61,232 bases of DNA from Candidatus Latescibacterota bacterium (GTDB lineage Bacteria > Latescibacterota > UBA2968 > UBA8231), in NCBI GenBank assembly GCA_029941315.1, contig JAPYQE010000007.1, forward strand, positions 1 to 61,232. The letters are read 5' to 3'. This document shows positions 53,461 to 61,232 of this stretch, in pieces (position 1 is the stretch's first letter; each line of letters begins with the position of its first letter). The notes under the pieces are model-generated. The model had not been told where the DNA came from. It saw only the letters and a program-made list of their open reading frames with translations, and searched no databases. A program made the translations under genes and the position numbers.

Positions 53461-54957
53461 ATGTACAAGATCCTCATCGCCGAATGCAAACAAGAAATCT
53501 CCACCTTCAACCCCGTCGAGACCCATTACGAAGACTTCACCATCATCCGCGGCAAAAAACTCTTCGCCGCCAACCGCGGCATCGAGTCGGAGATCGGCGG
53601 CGCCCTGGAAGTCTGCGACAAGCGCGAAGATGTCGAACTCGTGCCGCTGTGGAGTGGCACGGCCAATTCCTCCGGATCGCTAGTGCAAACCGCCTTCGAC
53701 CGCCTGGCGCAAGAATTTACCAAGATCCTAACAGCCAACAAAGACGGCGCCGACGCCTTCTACTTCGTCCTGCACGGCGCGATGGGCTGCACCGAAGAGC
53801 TCGACCCGGAGGGTTATCTGCTACAAGAGGCGCGCAAAATCCTCGGAGCCGATATTCCCATCATGATCTCACAAGATCTGCACGGCATCCTCACCGAGCG
53901 CATGCTTGAAAACTGCGACGCGCTGACAATCTACCACACCTACCCGCACGTCGATCTGTTTTCCACCGGCGAACGCGCGACGCGCCTGCTGCTGCGCCTA
54001 CTCGACGAAGGCCTCAAACCGACTATCGCCCGGGTCGTCGTGCCGACGCTCGTGCGCGGCGACGAGCTCAAGACTGCAACTGGCGTCTACGGCGAATCGA
54101 TCCGCCGCGCGCAGGAACTCGAAGCAAGCGGCCAGGCGCTGACGGCGGGCATGATGATCGGCAACCCCTTCACCGACGTGCCCGAGCTCTGCTCACAGGC
54201 CATCGTCGTCACCGACAACGACCCCGAGGCCGCACAACGCGCCGCGCTGGAGATAGCCGAGGACTTCTGGCCGAAACGAGCTAAGATGCAAGCACCCCTA
54301 GTCTCGATAGGGGAAGCCATCGCCGACGCCAACAAACTGACCGGCACCGCCATCTTCGCTGATGCCGCCGACGCCACCAGTTCGGGGGCCTCCGGCGACA
54401 GCAACGCCCTGCTCGCAGCCCTCGTCGACGCCGACTACACCGGCACGGCGCTTTTGCCGCTCGTCGACGCGCCGGCGGTGCAATGTGCCAAAGCAATCGG
54501 CCTGGGCCAAAGCACCACCTTCTCGCTCGGCGGTACTTGTGATCCGCGTTTCAAACCCATTGAGCTCGAAGCCACCGTGACCATGCTGGCCACCGGCCCC
54601 TACTTCTTCGAATCCTGGGGCAACGAGCAGGACGCTGGTGACACTGCCGTGTTGCAAGCCGAAAATTTCACTATCATCGTCACGACGCTGCCGGTCTACC
54701 TCTTCGACCGCTCACTCTTTTTAGCGCATGGCCGCGACCCGGAAAACTTCGACCTGGTCGTCGTCAAATCGCCGCACTGCCAGGATCGTTTCTTCACCGA
54801 ATGGGCGGAAGAAAACTTCAATATCGATGCGCCCGGATCGACCAGCGCCAATCTCAAAAGCCTGGGCCATACCATTTGCCAACGACCGATGTATCCGCTC
54901 GACGAGGATGCCGCATTCGAGCCTGTAGCACAGATTTTTTCGCGCGACAAAGCTTAA
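53461..54957 (+). CDS. M81-family metallopeptidase (MlrC-like)
   Basis: N-terminus MYKILIAECKQEISTFNPV, about 500 aa, with the overall MlrC N- and C-domain layout as recalled. Confidence 0.65.
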   Translation: MYKILIAECKQEISTFNPVETHYEDFTIIRGKKLFAANRGIESEIGGALEVCDKREDVELVPLWSGTANSSGSLVQTAFDRLAQEFTKILTANKDGADAFYFVLHGAMGCTEELDPEGYLLQEARKILGADIPIMISQDLHGILTERMLENCDALTIYHTYPHVDLFSTGERATRLLLRLLDEGLKPTIARVVVPTLVRGDELKTATGVYGESIRRAQELEASGQALTAGMMIGNPFTDVPELCSQAIVVTDNDPEAAQRAALEIAEDFWPKRAKMQAPLVSIGEAIADANKLTGTAIFADAADATSSGASGDSNALLAALVDADYTGTALLPLVDAPAVQCAKAIGLGQSTTFSLGGTCDPRFKPIELEATVTMLATGPYFFESWGNEQDAGDTAVLQAENFTIIVTTLPVYLFDRSLFLAHGRDPENFDLVVVKSPHCQDRFFTEWAEENFNIDAPGSTSANLKSLGHTICQRPMYPLDEDAAFEPVAQIFSRDKA

Positions 54958-54983
54958 GTAACCCGCTGCGCCCTTGCTCGGTT

Positions 54984-55475
54984 ATGGACGAAACGCTCAT
55001 CATCCACGATGCCACACCGCACGACGCACCGGTCATTGCCCGCATCGACGCCGATTCGTGGAACGCCGGTTTCGGCGACCTGATGCCCGTGCGGCCGTTG
55101 AACTTTGACCGCGTCGAATGCTGGCGTTTGGATCTTGACGCGCCATTGCCACACCGCTGGTGGGTCGCCGAGTTAGGGGGAATCGTCGTCGGTTTCGCCG
55201 GCATCGGCCCCAGTCGGGCCCCTATCGACCCCGAACTCGGCGAACTCGACACCATAGCGATCGACCCGGCCCACTGGCGCCAAGGCGTCGGACGCACACT
55301 TATGGCGGTGGCCGTCGAACAGCTCAAAGCCGACGGCTACCGCGCCGCGATCCTATGGACTTTAGAACATTACCCGCAGGGCCAGCGCTTTTATGAAGCC
55401 CTGGGTTGGCGGCGTGACGGGGGCACGAGGCGCAAGGGCCGCCAGATACGCTACCGGCGCTCGTTCGCAGACTGA
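54984..55475 (+). CDS. GNAT-family N-acetyltransferase
   Basis: Start moved to MDETLIIHDA. The acetyl-CoA motif IAIDPAHWRQGVGRTLM. Confidence 0.8.
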   Translation: MDETLIIHDATPHDAPVIARIDADSWNAGFGDLMPVRPLNFDRVECWRLDLDAPLPHRWWVAELGGIVVGFAGIGPSRAPIDPELGELDTIAIDPAHWRQGVGRTLMAVAVEQLKADGYRAAILWTLEHYPQGQRFYEALGWRRDGGTRRKGRQIRYRRSFAD

Positions 55476-55912
55476 CGCGCCGCTACCGTAAAACACGGCC
55501 AAACGCCATCTGCCAGCCTCGGTCACGTCTTCGCTTTGCACTCTTTTTACTTTTTCCTTGCCAGAGAACACCTTTGACTTTTAGTGTGCCATTAGCGCTC
55601 TAAAGAGAGCCGCCGGTCCGCGATAAGGGTCAGATTTATATATTTACTAGCCATCACACCTTCTTTCTGCCCGTACTGGCGGACAACCGGCGCCAACGTA
55701 CAGAGGGCTCTAGCCACTAAATATTCCGACGCAACCCCCCATCCCGAGTGCAAGGTCGAAGCTCTCGTCGATTATGTGCAAACCGGAAGCGACAAACTCA
55801 ACGAGGACCAGTTGCAGCGCTTCAGGGAAATCGTCATTGCCGAGATCGCCGAACACGGTTTCTTGCACATCGCGAAACCGGGCGGGCTTTTCACAGCGAA
55901 TCAATAGCCCTC

Positions 55913-56420
55913 GTGAACCGCATCCTCCTAATCGGTCCCAGTGGCGCCAGCAAATTGCATTTTTTGTGCCAACTCGGCGCGGCGCTCGAGCTACCGGTAA
56001 TCCACCTCGACTAATACTACTTCGTCCCGGTGAGGGTATAACCTGACCGGGACGAGTGGGGCCAAAAACAGCAGTAATTGCTCGCACAAGACCGCTGGGT
56101 AATGGGCGGCTACCGCCGCCGCACGCTGGAGCTGCGTTTACAGCGTACGGATACGGTGTCTTTCCTCGACTTCGCCTTACCACTTGTCTAATGGGCATCT
56201 TCGGGCGCCGATTAGAAATCGCTTCCGATCCTCGCCTTGACCTCGGCGAAGGCAGTCCCGAGCAGGTGAGATGGGGACTGCTCGCCGTACTCTATTAGTA
56301 TTTTCGCTGTTATCATCCGCAGTAGCTCAGGCGATATGCGATGCAGAAACGACAAAGCAGGTCTTCATCCTGCACTCGCGTGCTGAAATGGGCAAATACT
56401 TATCCCCCACCGACAAATAG
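55913..56420 (+). pseudogene. decayed P-loop kinase gene (topology-modulation/adenylate-kinase-like) with multiple in-frame stops and a frameshift
   Basis: The single-frame translation reads VNRILLIGPSGASKLHFLCQLGAALELPVIHLD*YYFVPVRV*PDRDEWGQKQQ*LLAQDRWVMGGYRRRTLELRLQRTDTVSFLDFALPLV*WASSGAD*KS.. It is collinear with intact family members, has a degenerate Walker A motif, and a later segment (EGSPEQVRWGLL) is in another frame. Confidence 0.7.
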
Positions 56421-56541
56421 GATCGGCTGGAGTCTTTCTTTGCCGATAAATAATCAGGTTTGTACATTTCCGCAGCCTATTGATGGCGCCTGGCCGATAC
56501 GGTAGTTTAGGCCGCGTACTCAAACTAGAGACCAATAGCTA

Positions 56542-56736
56542 ATGTGCATCGCCCTATTCTCCGACATCCACGGCAATATCCAAACCCTCGATGCCGTGCT
56601 CGCCGAAACCGCAGCCGATCTGTTTTTCGGCGGCGACCACCATCTGACCCTCGGCATCGATATCGGTGGCCGCCGTGTCGACACCCCGGCACCGCCGACG
56701 TCAGCAGGTTTCTGCGCGGCCAACACCAGGGGATGA
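56542..56736 (+). pseudogene. N-terminal fragment of a metallophosphoesterase
   Basis: MCIALFSDIHGNIQTLDAVLAE..DLFFGGD carries the first two phosphoesterase motifs. The sequence is then unrelated and stops after 64 aa. Confidence 0.5.
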
Positions 56737-56804
56737 GAAAAGAAGGCCTGCTCACCGCCCGACAGATACTAAAGACCGAAAGAGCAAAGGAGAGTTAAAA
56801 GACT

Positions 56805-57674
56805 ATGACCACGACCAGCACTGAAGGCGCCCCCCTGATCTACCGCAAAGATCTGGGGAAAACGCTAGCAGAATCCACATGGAATATCCCCAACACCAAT
56901 GCCGATGGCCTGCCCGCCATAGCGCCGAGCGAGGAGCAAAAATACCTCTTCGACAACCAGGGCTGGATAATCATTCCCGGCGTCTTGGACGCGGACGACA
57001 CGGCTGAGATGCGCGAATTCTGTTACCGTCTTAAGCAGGAGCCCAATTCAATCCCCGCCATCGACCGCTCACCCATCGGCGGTCCTTTGCAAAAACTCTG
57101 TGACCATCCGTTGATCTTGGGCTTTATGAATGAATTCGTATCGCATCCGCCCTACGCGAGTCCTGAGTGTTATGGCTTCCGCATGGAATCGACCCATCTC
57201 GATATCCGCGACAAAGGAGCCGGCGGCTTCGGCCCCCACAATGGCAGTGGCATGATGCGTCTGCCGGGCGATACACACCTCTACAATTGCTATCCGGGCA
57301 AGGCGCACAGCGGTCTGACCTGCATCGTCTGGGAGTTGAATCCGGTCGAGGTCGGCGACGGCGGTACGCTCTTTGTCAGCGGCAGCCACAAATCTACCTT
57401 TAGCGCACCCGCCTCGCTACAACAACCCGACTCGCCGCTCTGGCAAACCTACGCCTGCCCTGCAGGCTCGCTATTGATCTTTTCCGAGGCCACCACCCAC
57501 TCCGGCACGCCGTGGACCAACCAAAGCCGCGAGCGAGTGCCGATCTTCAGCCGTTACAATAGCATCTGCAGTAAGTGGCACCGGTGGGAACCGCACCCCG
57601 AGCTTCTGGCCTCGATGCCGCCAAAACGCCAGACCCTGTTCCGGCCGGTTTATTGCGAAGGCAATGTGATATAA
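56805..57674 (+). CDS. phytanoyl-CoA dioxygenase (PhyH) family Fe(II)/2-oxoglutarate oxygenase
   Basis: AAGGAGAG Shine-Dalgarno. YLFDNQGWIIIPGVL, GPHNG and GGTLFVSGSHK. Family assigned from recalled pattern. Confidence 0.6.
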   Translation: MTTTSTEGAPLIYRKDLGKTLAESTWNIPNTNADGLPAIAPSEEQKYLFDNQGWIIIPGVLDADDTAEMREFCYRLKQEPNSIPAIDRSPIGGPLQKLCDHPLILGFMNEFVSHPPYASPECYGFRMESTHLDIRDKGAGGFGPHNGSGMMRLPGDTHLYNCYPGKAHSGLTCIVWELNPVEVGDGGTLFVSGSHKSTFSAPASLQQPDSPLWQTYACPAGSLLIFSEATTHSGTPWTNQSRERVPIFSRYNSICSKWHRWEPHPELLASMPPKRQTLFRPVYCEGNVI

Positions 57675-57727
57675 GAGCGAGCATCCATATTCGTACAATC
57701 CGCATACAACATTTACTGGAGAAAAAA

Positions 57728-58804
57728 ATGACCACCTACAAAGTCGCCATCATCGGCCTCGGCCGCATGGGCAGCACCATAGATGACGAAGGACATTTCG
57801 AGGTCCCCTATTCGGTCGCCGCCGCCACCAAAGCCAGCACGCGCCTTGAACTGGTCGCCGGAGCCGATCTGCAAAGCGAAAAACGCGACGCCTTTTCCGA
57901 GCGCTGGGGCGTCGCCGCCTACGAGGACTTCCGCGAAATGATCACCGCGACAAAACCCGACCTCGTCGCCGTCTGTACCGCCGCCTGCCTACCCAAACCT
58001 GCCAACAAAGCTCCCGACGCGAGTTTTCGCGGCGACTCGCACGCCGACTTGGCCGTCGCCGTAGCCGATCTGGGCGTGCCAATGCTTTTTGTCGAAAAGG
58101 CCATGGCCAGCTCAATGGAACGCGCCGACGAAATTCGCGACGCCGTCAAACGCAACAATACGAATTTCAACACCGGCGTCCTGCGCCGCTTCGACAATCG
58201 CTACACACCCGTCAAAGAAGCCATTGCACAAGGCCAAATCGGCGAGGTCAAAACGGCGATCCACTACGCCGGCTCCAGCCTGATGCACGGGCATATCCAT
58301 TCGATCGACACACTCTCCCACCTAATCGGCGACCCCACCATCGAAGCCGTGCGCGGCGAGCTTTTGCCACGCGACTTCAAAATCGAGGGCAACCACATCC
58401 CCGCCGATCCGCTCGCCACCTACCAGTTGCGCTTCGCCAATGGCGTCCAAGCCTGGACCATCCCGGGAGGTTACTGGGAATTCGAAATTATCGGCAGCGA
58501 GGGCTCGATTCGATCGTTCGACAACGGGGCCAGGGTCTCGTTGCGCCAACCCGGCACTAAAGAAGGGCGGCGCCAGCTGTGGGAGGAAGTCTCCTGCGAC
58601 GCCGTCGTGCCCGAAAGCACGACTATGAGCTGCCTCGAAGATCTAGTCGCCGCGCACGAAGAAGGGCGGCCGACACTCGGCCATATCGACGTCACGCACC
58701 ATATAACTGAAGCTACCATCGCCGTCGCCGAGAGCCACCGCCGAGGCGGCGCCTGGGTCGAGTTGCCGCTCACAACACGCGACCTCTACATCTTCCACGT
58801 CTAG
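57728..58804 (+). CDS. Gfo/Idh/MocA-family oxidoreductase
   Basis: Start moved to MTTYKVAIIGLGRMGS (Rossmann GxGxxG), with EKAMA in the family's conserved EKP position. Confidence 0.8.
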   Translation: MTTYKVAIIGLGRMGSTIDDEGHFEVPYSVAAATKASTRLELVAGADLQSEKRDAFSERWGVAAYEDFREMITATKPDLVAVCTAACLPKPANKAPDASFRGDSHADLAVAVADLGVPMLFVEKAMASSMERADEIRDAVKRNNTNFNTGVLRRFDNRYTPVKEAIAQGQIGEVKTAIHYAGSSLMHGHIHSIDTLSHLIGDPTIEAVRGELLPRDFKIEGNHIPADPLATYQLRFANGVQAWTIPGGYWEFEIIGSEGSIRSFDNGARVSLRQPGTKEGRRQLWEEVSCDAVVPESTTMSCLEDLVAAHEEGRPTLGHIDVTHHITEATIAVAESHRRGGAWVELPLTTRDLYIFHV

Positions 58805-58809
58805 CCAAT

Positions 58810-60189
58810 ATGGGCCGCCCGAATGTCATCGTCTGTCTCTGCGACCAGTTGCGCGCCTACGAAGTAGGTTGTTATGGCAACGACACCATCCGCACGCCGC
58901 ATATCGACCGGCTCGCCAAAGAAGGCGTGCGTTTCGATCTAGCCGTCAGTAATAACCCCATCTGCATGCCCGCGCGCTCGGCCCTGTTGACGGGCCAGTA
59001 CAGCCGCACCTGCATGGGAATGCTCAACAACTTCACCGAAGGCGGCGACAAGCCCTTCAACATATCCGAATACCCAGCCGACAATCGCGACTGGCTGCGC
59101 GACACCACCCTGCCCGAAGCTTTCAAAACTCAGGGTTACGAAACCGCGCTCTTCGGTAAGTGGCACGTGCAACCCGCACCCAACCTGGTCGGCTTCGACT
59201 ACGCGCTCTTTCCGCGTGTGCACCATCGCCACACCGGGCAGACTTTTGTCGAAAACACCGGGCAGGGCGATATCGTCGACGGTTTCAGCATCGACTTTGA
59301 GGCCGAACGTGTAAACGAATACCTCGCACAGGACCGCGAAGATCCCTTCTTCATGTATTACAATATCTCGCCGCCGCACATGCCGCTTGCCGACGCGCCG
59401 GAAAAATACCTAGAGATGTACGATCCTGACGAAGTCCCCCTGCGCCCCAACACCCTCGTCGACGGCCAGCTCGCCTACGACGAAAATTGGTTTAAAATCT
59501 ATTTATGGGATTTCCTCTATTATCAGGAGCACTTGCCGCATGCCGAAAAACTGCCCGATGGTTTCGACCTCCGGCACCTGACCGCCCTCTACTACGGCCT
59601 CACCACCTGGGTCGACGACACCGTCGGCCGCCTGATGGCCAACCTCGAAGCGCACGGGCTCGCCGAGGATACAATCGTCGTCTTCGCCTCCGACCATGGC
59701 GACAACCTCGGTTCACACCACGCCTTCAACAAGGGCCTGCTCATCGAAGAGTCGATCCGCGTGCCGCTGATTTTCTGGGGCGGCCTCGAGCCCCAGGCCA
59801 ATACCGCCCAAGTCGCGCAGCTCATCGACATTATGCCGACGCTTTTAGAGCAGTGCGGCGCCGAAGTGCCCGACACCGTGCAAGGCCGCGCGCTCGGCCC
59901 CATCTTGCGTGGCGAACGCGAAACGCTGGACAAAAACGGCGCCTTTATCGAGACCTCGCAAGGCGCCATCGGCCTACGGACTCCGGACCACCTCTACGGT
60001 ATGCAATTAGAAAAAGACCTGCGCACGATAAGCGACGACGGGAAGTGTCTATACGATCTTAATGCGGACCCTTATGAACTACATAATTTGATGGGTTCTG
60101 CTGATTCAGGTTTGGAATCGGAATTGCGGCAGAGATTGCAGACATGGAATGCACAGACGCCTTGGCTTGGGGATCAAAACGCCGGTTAA
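58810..60189 (+). CDS. sulfatase-family protein, no signal peptide
   Basis: VIVCLCDQLRAY, CMPARSALLTG (CxPxR), GKWHV and ASDHGD. Confidence 0.88.
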   Translation: MGRPNVIVCLCDQLRAYEVGCYGNDTIRTPHIDRLAKEGVRFDLAVSNNPICMPARSALLTGQYSRTCMGMLNNFTEGGDKPFNISEYPADNRDWLRDTTLPEAFKTQGYETALFGKWHVQPAPNLVGFDYALFPRVHHRHTGQTFVENTGQGDIVDGFSIDFEAERVNEYLAQDREDPFFMYYNISPPHMPLADAPEKYLEMYDPDEVPLRPNTLVDGQLAYDENWFKIYLWDFLYYQEHLPHAEKLPDGFDLRHLTALYYGLTTWVDDTVGRLMANLEAHGLAEDTIVVFASDHGDNLGSHHAFNKGLLIEESIRVPLIFWGGLEPQANTAQVAQLIDIMPTLLEQCGAEVPDTVQGRALGPILRGERETLDKNGAFIETSQGAIGLRTPDHLYGMQLEKDLRTISDDGKCLYDLNADPYELHNLMGSADSGLESELRQRLQTWNAQTPWLGDQNAG

Positions 60190-60389
60190 AGGGACTCGCG
60201 ATTCGCGCTAGCTGGCAACGTGCAGGATCAGGTATCTCTACGTCAAATAACCACCATAGCCCGTGCGAACACAGGAGTCTATTCTTCACCCGCTCCGAGT
60301 CTTGAGCGAATCGGCCATTCGACATATATTGGCACCCCGCGTTCACATCAAAAAAATTATGTTCACTCATTTCATATAACGAGATTGCC

Positions 60390-61232
60390 GTGAAAATTAC
60401 AGATATACAGGTCATTCCTTTTACAATACGCCGTCGCCCCTTCCGCAACGGCGAGCTATTAGCCGAAACCACCATAACGCAAACGCTGACCAAAATTCTC
60501 ACCGACGAAGGCGCCGAGGGATATTATTTCGGCGGCTCCGGCCACGGCGACATGGACGGCATGTCACCAGAACAGGCCGCCGTGCTTACCGGTCGCCTAA
60601 AGAACCTCGTGCTCGGCCAAGACCCTTTTGACCGCGAGAAGTTTTGGCACTGGATGTGGACGGCACACCGGATTCCCGAAAATCTCATGAGCGTGCTCGA
60701 TATGGCACTCTGGGACCTACAGGCCCGACTCTTCAACCTACCACTATATAAACTTTTGGGCGGCTGCCGCGACAAAGTCAAAGCCTACGCCAGCACCTAT
60801 CCCAATATGGGCAGTCCGCAGGACTACGCCGATCACGCCAAAGCCTGCCAGCGAGAAGGCTATACTCACTACAAAATACATCCTTATTATTTTTGGGATC
60901 CACAGACGGGGCAACCCGATCGGGGCCGCCCTTCGCATATCAAACAAGATATTGAGGTCTGCCGTTTAGTTCGCGACGCCGTCGGCCCCGATATGGTGCT
61001 CAGCTACGATCCTTGGGGCACGTACCGCACCTACGAGGAGGCCTATAAAGTCGGTCGCATCTTAGAAGAGCTCGACTTCTACTGGTACGAACACCCCATG
61101 CCCGAATACCGCGTGGCCCCCTACGAAAAACTCTGCCGCGAATTGTCCATCCCAATCCTGTCACCGGAAATTGTCGAGGGCAGCATTTACTCGCGCGCCG
61201 ACTGGATTCTCCGCGGTGCTTCGGATATGACC
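60390..61232 (+). CDS. enolase-superfamily (mandelate racemase/muconate lactonizing enzyme-like) protein, 3'-truncated by the window edge; absent from the ORF track
   Basis: GTG at 60390 opens a stop-free frame of 281 codons to the window end. MKITDIQVIPF.. and MALWDLQARLFNLPLYKLLGG are the typical MR/MLE N-terminal domain motifs. Confidence 0.8.
   Translation, partial: MKITDIQVIPFTIRRRPFRNGELLAETTITQTLTKILTDEGAEGYYFGGSGHGDMDGMSPEQAAVLTGRLKNLVLGQDPFDREKFWHWMWTAHRIPENLMSVLDMALWDLQARLFNLPLYKLLGGCRDKVKAYASTYPNMGSPQDYADHAKACQREGYTHYKIHPYYFWDPQTGQPDRGRPSHIKQDIEVCRLVRDAVGPDMVLSYDPWGTYRTYEEAYKVGRILEELDFYWYEHPMPEYRVAPYEKLCRELSIPILSPEIVEGSIYSRADWILRGASDMT

Noticed and set aside
60059-60947. Three minus-strand ORFs (147, 85 and 67 aa)
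   Set aside because: 60524-60781 and 60744-60947 are antisense to the enolase-superfamily frame that runs to the window edge. 60059-60502 overlaps the sulfatase 3' end and the spacer, with no motif.

Overview
GC-rich bacterial chromosomal segment, about 61 kb, with no rRNA, tRNA, CRISPR, transposase or integrase that I can see. Genes are tightly packed, and many stop/start junctions overlap by 4 nt (ATGA). Housekeeping genes include hemA with a CcsA/HemX-like partner, acs, moeA and xth. Glycan and sugar-acid catabolism is heavily represented: three sulfatases without signal peptides, a GH10 xylanase with a T9SS-type C-terminal sorting domain, GH92, a GH99-like lipoprotein, a glycogen-debranching enzyme, oxidoreductases and an enolase-superfamily enzyme. 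There is also an ECF-sigma envelope-stress operon. The C-terminal sorting domains and the glycan-degrading content suggest, weakly, an uncultivated FCB-superphylum-like organism that has a type IX secretion system. The best candidate for an undescribed system is a 13.4-kb operon on the minus strand (17020-30378). It encodes six secreted proteins in the order A1-B1-A2-B2-LRR-A3. The A proteins are paralogous and combine discoidin-like motifs with a C-terminal TPNGDGVND domain. The B proteins are paralogous, about 910 aa, have a signal peptide and match no family I recognise. The fifth gene encodes a leucine-rich-repeat lipoprotein. A second notable signal is a roughly 133-nt structured element present in two inverted copies (44220-44353 and 51936-52068), with compensatory changes in several stems. 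Other observations: two haem-c proteins fused to a copper-monooxygenase-like domain; a His/Gly/Met 18-bp tandem repeat inside a Spy/CpxP-like gene; a frameshifted, internally deleted receiver gene; a stretch of decayed genes (55.5-56.8 kb); and two coupled small ORFs. The ORF track omits the partial CDSs at both window edges (1-1016 and 60390-61232). All family assignments come from motifs read by eye, since no searches could be run.
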